From the NCBI GenBank assembly GCA_963728205.1, contig CAVSIV010000006.1:1088001-1152000 (forward strand): DNA of 64,000 bases, read 5' to 3'. The stretch comes from an uncultured Chloroflexia bacterium. Its GTDB lineage: Bacteria > Chloroflexota > Dehalococcoidia > UBA2979. The notes beneath the pieces were generated by a model. The model worked only from the letters and a program-made list of their open reading frames with translations, searched no databases and was not told the origin of the DNA. A program made the translations under genes and the position numbers. This document shows, piece after piece, positions 1 to 11,617 of this stretch (within the stretch, counting starts at the first letter, position 1; every line of letters begins with the position of its first letter).

Positions 1-1
1 G

Positions 2-67
2 TTCCTCCGCGACCTCGCGGTCGTGCGCGACCTCGCGGCGGCGATCGACGCGGAAGCAGGCGCGTGA
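2..67 (+). CDS. 3' end of upstream gene, probably IspD (partial)
   Basis: Frame reads FLRDLAVVRDLAAAIDAEAGA-stop; its TGA overlaps the ispF ATG; ispD normally precedes ispF. Confidence 0.4.
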   Translation, partial: FLRDLAVVRDLAAAIDAEAGA

Positions 68-555
68 TGCGCATCGGCAACGGCTACGACGTGCACCGCT
101 TCCGCGTCGACGGCGATGGCCGGACGCTCCGCCTCGGCGGCATCGACGTCCCGGGCGCGCCGCGCCTCGAGGGCCACTCCGACGGCGACGCGCTGATCCA
201 CGCGCTGATCGACGCGCTGCTCGGCGCCGCCGGCGAGGGCGACATCGGCCGCCACTTCCCGCCCGGCGACCCCGAGTTCCACGACATCGACAGCGCCGAG
301 CTTCTGCGCCGCGTCGGGCGCCTGGTCGCCTCGCGCGGGCTGCGGGTGCAGAACGTCGACGCCACGATCATCGCGGAGCGCCCGCGGCTGGGCGCGCACC
401 TCGACGCCATGCGCGACGCGCTGGCGCTCGCGCTGGGCATCGAGCCGCGGCAGGTGAACGTGAAGGCGACGACGAACGAGGGTCTGGGCGCCATCGGCGC
501 CGGCGAGGCGATCGCCGCGCTGGCGGTGGCGCTCCTCGATGACGCGGTACGATAG
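67..555 (+). CDS. ispF: 2-C-methyl-D-erythritol 2,4-cyclodiphosphate synthase
   Basis: RIGNGYDVH, GHSDGD, DIGRHFP and VNVKATTNEGLG motifs. Confidence 0.97.
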   Translation: MRIGNGYDVHRFRVDGDGRTLRLGGIDVPGAPRLEGHSDGDALIHALIDALLGAAGEGDIGRHFPPGDPEFHDIDSAELLRRVGRLVASRGLRVQNVDATIIAERPRLGAHLDAMRDALALALGIEPRQVNVKATTNEGLGAIGAGEAIAALAVALLDDAVR

Positions 556-741
556 GCCGCCTCATGGCAACGCTTCGTCTCCATGGGCCGCGCGAGCGCG
601 CGCCGCGACCGTCGAGCGGCCGGCACCCGTGCGCGTGTCCTCGCGGGCGCGACCGGGCCTGTGCCCCGGCGCGCCCGGTCCTTCCGTGTCGGGAAGGACG
701 CTGCGCGCGTTACGCTCGAACCGCACCACGAGGAACCGCCC

Positions 742-1445
742 ATGAACTGGCTGACGCGACTCCGCGAGGACGTGCAGGCCGCCCGCGACCGTGACCCGGC
801 GGCGCGCTCCGCGCTCGAGATCCTCATCACGTACCCGGGTCTCCACGCCCTGCTCATCCATCGCCTCACGCGCCGCCTCTGGCTCGCACACCACACGCTC
901 GCCGCGCGGCTCATCTCGCACCTCGGCCGCGCTCTGACCGGCATCGAGATCCACCCCGGCGCCCGCATCGGTCGGCGCTGCTTCATCGATCACGGCATGG
1001 GCATCGTGATCGGCGAGACGGCCGTGATCGGCGACGATTGCCACCTCTTCCAGGGCGTGACGCTCGGCGGGACGTCGACGCGCCGCGAGAAGCGCCACCC
1101 GACGCTCGAGGACCACGTGGTCGTGGGTGCCGGGGCGAAGATCATCGGCGCGATCACCGTCGGCGCCGGGGCGCGCATCGGCGCGGGGGCCGTGGTGGTG
1201 GCGAGCGTGCCGCCCCATGCGACCGTCGTCGGCGTGCCGGGGCACGTCGTCGCGTACACGAACCAGAGCAACGAGACGGTCGAGCGGCTGCCCGACCCCG
1301 AGTGGGACCGGCTGGAGGCGCTGGAGCGGCGGCTCGACCGCATCGAGGCACACCTCTCCGAGCCCCCGCCGCCCGCGACGAACGGCCGCGCCGGCGCGCA
1401 GGCCGCCGCCGAGCCCGCGCAGTCGCCCGAGGGGAGCGTCGACTG

Positions 1446-1446
<1 letters not shown>
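742..1446 (+). CDS. cysE: serine O-acetyltransferase
   Basis: [23 protein letters not shown] and hexapeptide repeats; start moved to ATG 742 behind GAGG. Confidence 0.95.
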
Positions 1447-2891
<1,445 letters not shown>

Positions 2892-2931
2892 CACCGACGC
2901 CGCCCCCGGTCGGGCGGCACCACCGGAGAAA

Positions 2932-2961
2932 TTGACCCTGCGGGAGGCCCCTTCCTATACT
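2932..2961 (+). promoter_or_regulatory. sigma70-type promoter for the tRNA-tuf operon
   Basis: TTGACC-18 nt-TATACT upstream of the tRNA cluster. Confidence 0.7.
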
Positions 2962-3027
2962 GTTCGATGGTCGCGCTCCGCTCGTCGGAGTGCGATTATT
3001 TCTCTGTGGCGTCTCGCCGCGCACTTC

Positions 3028-3103
3028 GCCCGAGTGGCGCAATGGCAGCGCAACCGACTTGTAATCGGTAGGTTAGTGGGTTCGACTCCCCTCTCGGGCT
3101 CCA
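3028..3103 (+). tRNA. tRNA-Thr(UGU)
   Basis: GCCCGAG/CTCGGGC acceptor stem, ACCGA-CTTGTAA-TCGGT anticodon arm, TTCGA, encoded CCA. Confidence 0.93.
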
Positions 3104-3178
3104 CCCGGAATCATCGTGGGGGCGACTCACAGCCGATGCGCCGCGGTATGCGCGTGGCGTGGACGGAGGAGAGACCGG

Positions 3179-3264
3179 GCAGGGGTGGGAGAGTGGCTAA
3201 TTCCAGCGGACTGTAAATCCGCCGCCTTACGGCTACGCAGGTTCGAATCCTGCCCCCTGCACCA
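3179..3264 (+). tRNA. tRNA-Tyr(GUA)
   Basis: GCAGGGG/CCCCTGC stem, GCGGA-CTGTAAA-TCCGC arm, long variable arm, CCA. Confidence 0.95.
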
Positions 3265-3314
3265 CCAGCCCGTCTTCACGCCGGCCTGCGCGTGCGCGGA
3301 CCGGGTGGGCCGGG

Positions 3315-3390
3315 GCCCACATAGCTCAGTCGGCAGAGCGCGTTCTTGGTAAGAACGAGGTCATGAGTTCGAATCTCATTGTGGGCTCCA
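3315..3390 (+). tRNA. tRNA-Thr(GGU)
   Basis: GCCCACA/TGTGGGC stem, CGTTC-TTGGTAA-GAACG arm, TTCGAAT, CCA. Confidence 0.96.
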
Positions 3391-3498
3391 CTTCATCCAT
3401 GCCCTGCCGCGCGTAACGCGCTGCACGAGACGTTGACCCAGTCGGAACGAGAGCCGGGAGAGCGCCCGCGACGCGGCGACGGCTAGAGGAGAGCGAAC

Positions 3499-4698
<1,200 letters not shown>

Positions 4699-4710
4699 GA
4701 GGGGGCGGCG

Positions 4711-4872
4711 ATGGCGAAGGGCGACCGGATCGACATCACGCTCGCGTGCACGGAGTGTCGATCGCGCACGTACCATACGAAGAAGAACCGGCGGAACGAC
4801 ACAGAGCGGCTGGAACTGAAGAAGTACTGCCCGCGCTGCCGCTGCCAGCAGACACACCGGGAAACGCGCTAG
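4711..4872 (+). CDS. rpmG: 50S ribosomal protein L33 (Zn-ribbon form)
   Basis: Own translation (missed by ORF track): [53 protein letters not shown]; GGAGG SD. Confidence 0.95.
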   Translation: MAKGDRIDITLACTECRSRTYHTKKNRRNDTERLELKKYCPRCRCQQTHRETR

Positions 4873-4926
4873 CGCGATTCAGCGCGCGCGGCGAGCTCGT
4901 CGCCACGCGGGGGTCAGGAGCACAGC

Positions 4927-5244
4927 ATGGGCCGTGAGGCCCGGCGGGCGCAGGCTCGCCAGGAACGCAGGCAGAAGCAGCAGAAGGCGCAGGCGCGTCA
5001 GCGTCCGCCGGCGCTCAGCGCGCCCCCGGCGCCCGACCAGGCGCGGCGCGGTGGCGGCTCGCTGCTCAAGCCGCGCTGGGCGACGGACATCATCAGCGAA
5101 CTGCGCAAGGTCACCTGGCCGTCGCGCCAGGAAGTCATGCACCTCACGATCGTGGTCATCGTCGTCTCGCTGGTCATCGGCATGATCCTCGGGTCCGCGG
5201 ACCTCGCGTTCGGCTGGTTCATCCAGCACGTCGTGCTGCCGTAA
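4927..5244 (+). CDS. secE: preprotein translocase subunit SecE
   Basis: ELRKVTWPS followed by a TM helix; located before nusG. Confidence 0.93.
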   Translation: MGREARRAQARQERRQKQQKAQARQRPPALSAPPAPDQARRGGGSLLKPRWATDIISELRKVTWPSRQEVMHLTIVVIVVSLVIGMILGSADLAFGWFIQHVVLP

Positions 5245-5255
5245 GGGGACGTCCG

Positions 5256-5858
5256 ATGACGAATCGACCGACGGCCGACGAAGAAGTCGGGGTGACAGAG
5301 GGCGCCGATGAACAGCCCGACGACGGGCGCGCCTGGTACATCGTGCAGACCTACTCGGGCTACGAGAACAAGGTCAAGACGAACCTCGATCAGCGCATCA
5401 AGTCCATGGACATGGGGAACAAGATCTTCCAGGTGATCATCCCCACCGAGGACGAGATCGAGATCCGCGACGGCCAGCGACGCACCGTCCAGAAGAAGCT
5501 CTTCCCGGGCTACGTCTTCGTCCAGATGGTGATGGACGACGACTCCTGGTACGTCGTGCGCAACACGCCGGGCGTCACCGGCTTCGCCGGCGCGCAGCAG
5601 GACGACCGCTCGAAGCCGACGCCGCTGGCCGACGCCGAGGTGGACAAGATCCTGCGTCAGATGGACACCGGGCAGCCGCGCATCAACGTGGGCTTCCAGG
5701 TCGGCGAGACGGTGCTGGTCACCGACGGGCCGTTCAGCGACATGATCGGGGTCGTGGACTCGATCGACCTCGACCGCGGGCGCGTTCGCGTCATGGTGTC
5801 GATGTTTGGCCGGGAGACTCCGGTCGAACTCGACTTCCTGCAGGTCGAGAAGCAATAA
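5256..5858 (+). CDS. nusG: transcription termination/antitermination factor NusG
   Basis: WYIVQTYSGYE, FPGYVFV, VRNTPGVTGF and KOW domain (MFGRETPVEL). Confidence 0.98.
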   Translation: MTNRPTADEEVGVTEGADEQPDDGRAWYIVQTYSGYENKVKTNLDQRIKSMDMGNKIFQVIIPTEDEIEIRDGQRRTVQKKLFPGYVFVQMVMDDDSWYVVRNTPGVTGFAGAQQDDRSKPTPLADAEVDKILRQMDTGQPRINVGFQVGETVLVTDGPFSDMIGVVDSIDLDRGRVRVMVSMFGRETPVELDFLQVEKQ

Positions 5859-5932
5859 CCGAAAACAGGGAGTCGGAGCGCGTGGCCGGCAGCGATCCGC
5901 CGCGACGTGCGCGCGTGGACAGGTAGGACGAG

Positions 5933-6355
5933 ATGGCGAAAAAGGTGCGCGCGGTGGTGACGCTCCAGATCCCGGCGGGACAGGCGAACCCTGCACCCCC
6001 GGTTGGCACCGCCCTCGGTCCGCACGGCATCAACATCATGGACTTCTGCAAGGCCTACAACGAGCAGACGCGTGAGAAGGCCGGCGCGATCATCCCGGCG
6101 CGGATCACGATCTTCGAGGACCGGTCCTTCAACTTCGTCCTCAAGACGCCGCCCGCGTCCGACCTGCTGCGCAAGGCGGCGGGCGTCGACAAGGGTGGGG
6201 CCAGCCAGCTCCGTGAGAAGGTCGGCTCGGTGACCGGGGCGCAGGTGCGCGAGATCGCGCAGACGAAGCTCCCGGACCTGAACACCAACGATATCGGTCA
6301 GGCCGTCAAGATCATCGAGGGCACCGCCCGGTCGATGGGGATCGAGGTCAAGTAA
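5933..6355 (+). CDS. rplK: 50S ribosomal protein L11
   Basis: [20 protein letters not shown] and GTARSMG. Confidence 0.98.
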   Translation: MAKKVRAVVTLQIPAGQANPAPPVGTALGPHGINIMDFCKAYNEQTREKAGAIIPARITIFEDRSFNFVLKTPPASDLLRKAAGVDKGGASQLREKVGSVTGAQVREIAQTKLPDLNTNDIGQAVKIIEGTARSMGIEVK

Positions 6356-7074
6356 TGCCCAAGGTCGCGAAGCGCATCGCCGAGACCCGCACCAAGGTCG
6401 ATCGCGACACCACGTACGAACCACGCGACGCCGTGCGTCTCGTCAAGGAGTGCGCCACGGCGAAGTTCGACGAGACCGTCGAGCTCCACCTGCGCACCGG
6501 CCTCGACGGCCGCCATGCCGACCAGCAGCTGCGCGGCTCGGTCGTGCTCCCGCACGGTCTGGGCAAGAACGTGCGCGTGGCCGTCTTCGCCGACGGCGAC
6601 GCGGCGCGCGAGGCACAGGCTGCCGGCGCCGACGTCGTCGGGGCGGACGACCTCATCCAGCGCGTGCAGGGCGGCTTCACGGACTTCGACGTCGCGCTCG
6701 CACAGCGCGAGTTGATGGGCAAGGTCGGCGGCCTCGGCCGCATCCTCGGCCCGCGCGGCCTGATGCCGAACCCGCGCAACAACACGGTGGTTGCCGGAGA
6801 GGACATCGCGCGCGCCGTGCGCGAGGCGAAGGCCGGACGCGCGGAGTTCCGCCTCGACCGCACCAACCTGATCCATTGCGCGATCGGCAAGGCCTCGTTC
6901 AGCGATGACCAGCTGTTCGAGAACCTCCAGTCCGTCGTCAGCGAGATCGTGAAGAACCGGCCCGCCGGCGCGAAGGGGCAGCTGCTCCGTGGCGCGACGC
7001 TGACGTCGACGATGGGGCCGGGCGTGCCGATCGACGTGAACCAGATGCAGGCGCTGGCTGCCGCGACGGCGTAG
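6355..7074 (+). CDS. rplA: 50S ribosomal protein L1
   Basis: KFDETVE, LPHGLGK, LGPRGLMPNP and STMGPG. Confidence 0.98.
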   Translation: MPKVAKRIAETRTKVDRDTTYEPRDAVRLVKECATAKFDETVELHLRTGLDGRHADQQLRGSVVLPHGLGKNVRVAVFADGDAAREAQAAGADVVGADDLIQRVQGGFTDFDVALAQRELMGKVGGLGRILGPRGLMPNPRNNTVVAGEDIARAVREAKAGRAEFRLDRTNLIHCAIGKASFSDDQLFENLQSVVSEIVKNRPAGAKGQLLRGATLTSTMGPGVPIDVNQMQALAAATA

Positions 7075-7140
7075 CGGGCCGCAGGCCGCGTGAGCGGTGG
7101 ACGGTACGAGCCGTCCACCGCAGACTGAGGATAGCAACGT

Positions 7141-7215
7141 ACCGCCGCAGACTACGGGTCCCTTCCCACGTGGAAGGGGTAATGGCCGGGGACCGGCCGC
7201 CCGTACAGGTGGGAG
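7141..7215 (+). ncRNA. ribosomal protein L10 leader (putative)
   Basis: CCGCAGAC-TACGGG...CCCGTA closing stem with two internal hairpins (CCCTTCC/GGAAGGG and GGCCGG/CCGGCC) and a TAA junction, upstream of rplJ. Confidence 0.7.
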
Positions 7216-7253
7216 CCAGGCAACGAACGGGTGCCACGCGCGCCCGGCTCGCT

Positions 7254-7290
7254 CGCCCTCCCGCCCTGAGGCGTGGAGGGCGTTTTGGTT
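7254..7290 (+). terminator. attenuator-type intrinsic terminator in the rplJ leader
   Basis: CGCCCTCC-CGCC-CTGA-GGCG-TGGAGGGCG followed by TTTTGGTT. Confidence 0.6.
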
Positions 7291-7325
7291 CCCCCCGGGA
7301 CCGGCGCCGAGCGAAGGAGGAGCGC

Positions 7326-7862
7326 TTGCCCACGGAACGCAAGGTGGCGCAGGTGGCGGAGATCACGGACCTCATCCGCGACGCCGAGATCGCGATCTCG
7401 ACCGCGTACCAGGGGATCTCGGTCGCGGAGCAGGTCGAGCTGCGGGCCACGCTGAGCGAGGCCGGCGCGCAGATGCGCGTGGTGAAGAACACGCTGCTGC
7501 GCATCGCGGCGCGCGACGCCGGCCTGGACGACTTCGCGGCGCTCGCCGAGGGACCGACCGCGCTGGTCGTCGGATACGACGAGCCGCTGAGCGCGGCGAA
7601 GGCGCTGGCCGGCTACCTGCGGGCGCACCCGAACTCGCCCGTGAAGATCCGGCGCGCCGTGGTCAGCGGCCAGCTCGTCGACGCGACCTACGTGTCGGAC
7701 CTGGCGACCGTGCCGCCGCGCGAAGAACTGCTCGCGCGCATCGCGGGCGGGCTGGTTGGCCAGCTGACCCAGTTCATGCTGCTGGTCCAGGCGACGACTC
7801 GCGAGTTCGCCGGCCTGGTGGAAGCGCGCGCGGTCCAGCTCGAAGGCGGCGCGGCGGAGTAA
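7326..7862 (+). CDS. rplJ: 50S ribosomal protein L10
   Basis: TTG start behind AAGGAGG; VVKNTL, GPTA and PPREELLA motifs. Confidence 0.95.
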   Translation: MPTERKVAQVAEITDLIRDAEIAISTAYQGISVAEQVELRATLSEAGAQMRVVKNTLLRIAARDAGLDDFAALAEGPTALVVGYDEPLSAAKALAGYLRAHPNSPVKIRRAVVSGQLVDATYVSDLATVPPREELLARIAGGLVGQLTQFMLLVQATTREFAGLVEARAVQLEGGAAE

Positions 7863-7940
7863 GCGGACACCCACGCGCGCGCTGCGCGCAGCAACCACGC
7901 GAACACAGCACCGGTGTGCGCCGGGATGAAGGAGCGGATC

Positions 7941-8321
7941 ATGAGCAAGGTCGAAGACGCCCTCGAGATCATCAAGGGCATGACGATCCTCGAGCTGCGC
8001 GACCTGAACAAGGCGATCGAGGACGAGTTCGGCGTGACGGCGGCGGCGCCGGTTGCGGTTGCAGCGGCCCCCGCCGGCGGCGGCGCGGCTGCCGAGGCCG
8101 TGGAGGAGAAGGACGAGTTCAACGTCGTCCTCAAGGACTTCGGCGCCAACAAGATCAACGTGATCAAGGTCGTGCGCGAGCTCACCTCGCTCGGCCTGAA
8201 GGACGCCAAGGACCTGGTCGAGGCCGCGCCGAAGCCGGTCAAGGAAGGCGTGAACAAGGCCGACGCCGAGTCCGCGAAGGCCAAGCTCGAGGAGGCCGGC
8301 GCGACGGTCGAGCTGACCTAG
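7941..8321 (+). CDS. rplL: 50S ribosomal protein L7/L12
   Basis: [20 protein letters not shown] and [10 protein letters not shown]. Confidence 0.98.
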   Translation: MSKVEDALEIIKGMTILELRDLNKAIEDEFGVTAAAPVAVAAAPAGGGAAAEAVEEKDEFNVVLKDFGANKINVIKVVRELTSLGLKDAKDLVEAAPKPVKEGVNKADAESAKAKLEEAGATVELT

Positions 8322-8447
8322 CGCCGCGGGTTCCGCGTGTCCGCCGGCGGCACGCCGGCGGTCGCATCGCGACCTCAATCGCCCGGCGGGGCGGCATCGC
8401 GGACGTCCGCAGTTGCCGCCGCGCCGGGCGATTTGTAGGCTCGCACC

Positions 8448-9035
8448 GTGGAGTGCTTCCAGTGCGACGAGGAGGCGCAGCAAGAGTGCCCACGCTGTGG
8501 TGCACTCTACTGTGATGACCACGGCGACGCGCTGTGCGCTCGCTGCATGGATCCGGCCCTCGCGCTGCCCTCGTATCGGGTCTACCGCGGCTCACTGGCG
8601 GCCCTGCTGATCGGGTCGATCTTCGCGATCTGGCTGCTCGTGCTTCCGCCCGCCGGGGCGGATCGCGACGCGCCGCCCTCGTCGCTCGCCGCCGTCTTGC
8701 CGACGCAGGTCGTCGCCACCGCGACCGTCTTCCCGACCGCAAGCGCGAGCGGCACGGCCGGCGTCGTGGTGCCGACCGCCTCGCCGGCGACCGGATCGTC
8801 AACGCCCACCGCGACCGCGACCCCGGCGGCCACGCCCACGGCAACCGCCACCGCGCCGAGCGGCCCACAGCAGTACACCGTGCAGCCGGGCGACACGCTC
8901 TACGCGATCGCCCAGAAGTTCCTGCCGCCGGGCGTCGACATCAACAGCTTCGTCAACGAGATCCAGCAGGCGAACAACATCACCGACCCCGGATCCATCG
9001 CGATCGGCGACACGCTCGATATCCCGCGCTCCTAG
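8448..9035 (+). CDS. membrane protein with N-terminal Cys/His Zn finger, TM helix, Thr/Pro linker and C-terminal LysM
   Basis: CxxC...CxxC...CxxH...CxxC; hydrophobic helix; YTVQPGDTLYAIA LysM. Confidence 0.85.
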   Translation: MECFQCDEEAQQECPRCGALYCDDHGDALCARCMDPALALPSYRVYRGSLAALLIGSIFAIWLLVLPPAGADRDAPPSSLAAVLPTQVVATATVFPTASASGTAGVVVPTASPATGSSTPTATATPAATPTATATAPSGPQQYTVQPGDTLYAIAQKFLPPGVDINSFVNEIQQANNITDPGSIAIGDTLDIPRS

Positions 9036-9067
9036 CGCGGATGCGGACCCCCCACGGAGCGCCCCTC

Positions 9068-9538
9068 ATGGCCGAGACCCTCATCGAGGAACGCCCGAAC
9101 CATCGCCGGGCGCTCATCCAGAAAGCCGTGATCTACCTGCCGGGTGGCAGCGTCGCCACGGTGCTGTTCGCGGCTTCCGTCTACAACGTCGTCATGGGAA
9201 ATCTCGGCGCGCTCGTCGCGGGCGTGATCCTCGGGTTGATCGCGTTCGCCGTCGACTACGAAGGCATCGCCGCCGTGCGCGATCTGCGTGGCGCGCCAGC
9301 GGCGACGGTGGGTTCCGTGGCGCGCAAGTGGTCGAAGGGGCGCTTTGCGTTCTTCGGTCGCGTGCACTACCTGCTGATGGAGCGTCGCGTGTTCGAGGTG
9401 AACGCGGCCACGGCGATGGAGATCCGCGAGGGCGATCGCGTACGCGTGGAGCACTGGCCGCACACGAACACGGTGATCGCCGTCTACCGCCTCCCCAGCA
9501 CTTCTGACAGTCGAGGCGCCACCGCCACCTCGCGCTGA
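9068..9538 (+). CDS. hypothetical membrane protein with two TM helices and a beta-rich C-terminal domain
   Basis: Typical codon usage from ATG 9068; two hydrophobic segments. Confidence 0.7.
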   Translation: MAETLIEERPNHRRALIQKAVIYLPGGSVATVLFAASVYNVVMGNLGALVAGVILGLIAFAVDYEGIAAVRDLRGAPAATVGSVARKWSKGRFAFFGRVHYLLMERRVFEVNAATAMEIREGDRVRVEHWPHTNTVIAVYRLPSTSDSRGATATSR

Positions 9539-9576
9539 TAGGCTGCGCCGCAGCCGCCGCGCCCCCGGCAGCGGCG

Positions 9577-10302
9577 TTGCGGGCCGGCGAGAGGAGTGCG
9601 CGCGTGCAGGCGGGGTCGCATCTCCGTGTCGGCGAGCTGCCGGAGCACGAGCGCCCGCGCGAGCGGCTATTCCGCCTCGGGCCGTCCTCGCTGACGAGTG
9701 CCGAGCTGATCGCGATCCTGCTGCGCACCGGCACGGGTCGCGAGGACGTGATGCAACTCGCCGGCCGGCTGCTCGGCGAGCACGACGGCCTGCGCGGGCT
9801 CGGCAGCGCGGACGCCGCGACGCTCGCGCATGCCGCGGGCCTCGGGCCCGCCCGTGCCTCCACCGTCGCCGCCGCGTTCGAGCTCGCGCGCCGCGCCACG
9901 CGGGAAGACCCGCCGCTGCACCCGCTGGTGCGCGGCCCCGGCGACATCGCGCGGCTGCTCCAGACAGATCTGGAAGCGCTCCCACACGAGGAGCTCCACC
10001 TGCTGGTCATGGACACACGCCACCGCGTCCTCGCGTCCACCATGCTCTACCGCGGCTCGGTGAACGCCGCACCCGGGCGCGTCGCGGAGCTGTTCCGCGA
10101 GGCTGTGCGCATGAACGCGACGGCGATCGCCGTCGCGCACAACCACCCCAGCGGAGATCCTGCGCCGAGCCGCGACGATGTGCGATTCACACAGGCGATC
10201 GTGTCGGCCGGGCAACTGCTCGACGTCAACGTTCTCGACCACGTGGTCTTCGGTCACGGGCGCTACGTGTCGATGCGGGAACGTCGCCTCGGCTTCGCCT
10301 AG
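9577..10302 (+). CDS. radC: RadC/JAB domain protein
   Basis: ERPRERL, ELIAILLRTG and HNHPSGDPAPSRDD; start uncertain. Confidence 0.93.
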   Translation: MRAGERSARVQAGSHLRVGELPEHERPRERLFRLGPSSLTSAELIAILLRTGTGREDVMQLAGRLLGEHDGLRGLGSADAATLAHAAGLGPARASTVAAAFELARRATREDPPLHPLVRGPGDIARLLQTDLEALPHEELHLLVMDTRHRVLASTMLYRGSVNAAPGRVAELFREAVRMNATAIAVAHNHPSGDPAPSRDDVRFTQAIVSAGQLLDVNVLDHVVFGHGRYVSMRERRLGFA

Positions 10303-10360
10303 TCGGCGGTGCGCGCCGTCCGGTAGGATGGCCGCGGCGGGCTGGTGTTGGACGGAAGCC

Positions 10361-10924
10361 TTGGACTGGGTCGACCTCCTGATCATCGGCGTCGTTGCCT
10401 TCCTCACGTTCCGGGCGTTCTCGAACGGCCTGATTCGGGAGGTCGTGACGCTCGGGGCGCTGGTCGCCGGCATCTTCCTCGCCGGCGCGTATTACCAGCG
10501 ACTCTCCGCGGACATCGCGTTCCTGATCTCCGACGATCGCATTCGCAACCTCGTGGCGTTCCTCGCGCTGTTCGGCGGCATCGTCGTACTGGGCCAATTG
10601 CTCGCGCTCATGCTCAAGCGCACAGCTTCGCTGTTGATGCTGGGTCCGATGGATCACTTCGGCGGCGCGGTCTTCGGTTTCATCGAAGCGCTGCTACTGG
10701 TGCAGGTGCTGCTGTTCGCGGTGGCGGTGTATCCGCCGGCGACGAGCGTCGCCACGGCGGTGGACCAGTCGCGCCTCGCGCCGCTGTTCCTCGATCACGC
10801 ACCGGCCATGAGCCTCGCCCTGCCGTCGGAGTTCAACGACGCGCTGCAGCAACTGCAGCGCTTCCGCCAGGCGGGCGCCGCGATCCAGCAGCACGTGAGC
10901 CCGGACGCGCCGCCCGCCGGCTAG
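10361..10924 (+). CDS. CvpA family membrane protein
   Basis: DWVDLLII, GLIREV and DHFGGAVFG; start uncertain. Confidence 0.8.
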   Translation: MDWVDLLIIGVVAFLTFRAFSNGLIREVVTLGALVAGIFLAGAYYQRLSADIAFLISDDRIRNLVAFLALFGGIVVLGQLLALMLKRTASLLMLGPMDHFGGAVFGFIEALLLVQVLLFAVAVYPPATSVATAVDQSRLAPLFLDHAPAMSLALPSEFNDALQQLQRFRQAGAAIQQHVSPDAPPAG

Positions 10925-11020
10925 ACGCCGCGGCGGCGCCCGGGAGCGCCTCGTCGGGCCCTCCGGCTATCCGCTACACTGCGCTCGCTCCCTCCGGCGT
11001 GCCGGGCCATCCGGGGAGGA

Positions 11021-11587
11021 ATGGGACTCGCCGTGGCGATTCAACGTCAGGCGCTGGTGTTGAACCAGAACTACGAGCCACTCAACGTGTGTTCGGTGCG
11101 CCGTGCGTTCGTGCTCGTATACCGGGGCACGGCCGAGCTGCTCGAGTCCGACGCGAACATGATCCACGGCGTCGACGGCACTTCGTACATCACGCCGTCG
11201 GTGATCCGGCTGCAACACTTCATCAGCCGGCCGATGCCGCGGCCCCGGCTGACGCGGCGCGAGATCTTCATGCGCGATCGCGACCGCTGCCAGTACTGCG
11301 GGAAGCAGGGTGGCGACCTCACGCTCGACCACGTCGTTCCGAAGCACCAGGGCGGCGCGCACGCGTGGGAGAACCTCGTGACCGCGTGCCGCACGTGCAA
11401 TCACCGCAAGGGCGGGCGCACGCCGCTCGAGGCACGCATGCACCTCGTGCGTGAACCGCGCGCGCCGGCGAACGGCCCCGGCGACATGCTGGCGCACTAC
11501 CTCGACCGCTACGTGGAGTGGGCGCCATTCCTCGTGGGCTGGATCTCGGAGCGCAGCGCGACCGGCAGTGCCGAGGCCGCCTCCTGA
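11021..11587 (+). CDS. HNH endonuclease family protein
   Basis: LVLNQNYEPL, RDRDRCQYCG, TLDHVVP and WENLVTACRTCNHRKG. Confidence 0.92.
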   Translation: MGLAVAIQRQALVLNQNYEPLNVCSVRRAFVLVYRGTAELLESDANMIHGVDGTSYITPSVIRLQHFISRPMPRPRLTRREIFMRDRDRCQYCGKQGGDLTLDHVVPKHQGGAHAWENLVTACRTCNHRKGGRTPLEARMHLVREPRAPANGPGDMLAHYLDRYVEWAPFLVGWISERSATGSAEAAS

Positions 11588-11617
11588 CCACCCCCCGACC
11601 ACCGCGCGTAGCCGGCC

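Noticed and set aside
556-741. Possible T-box leader before cysE-cysS
   Set aside because: No AGGGTGGNACC T-box or specifier stem is visible; only a short GTCCTTCC/GGAAGGAC hairpin near 678-699.
3028-3390. tRNA cluster as an integration site
   Set aside because: No integrase and no duplicated tRNA 3' end were seen in the window.
4873-4926. Expected tRNA-Trp between rpmG and secE
   Set aside because: The 54-nt gap is too short and has no cloverleaf; its absence is an ordinary rearrangement.
8322-8447. rpoB missing after rplL
   Set aside because: Separation of rplJL from rpoBC occurs in several lineages, and no insertion scars or mobile-element ends are seen.
9577-11587. radC plus HNH as a defence or mobile module
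   Set aside because: Both are the common chromosomal forms with host-like codon usage; no integrase, methylase or E1/E2 partner genes are present.
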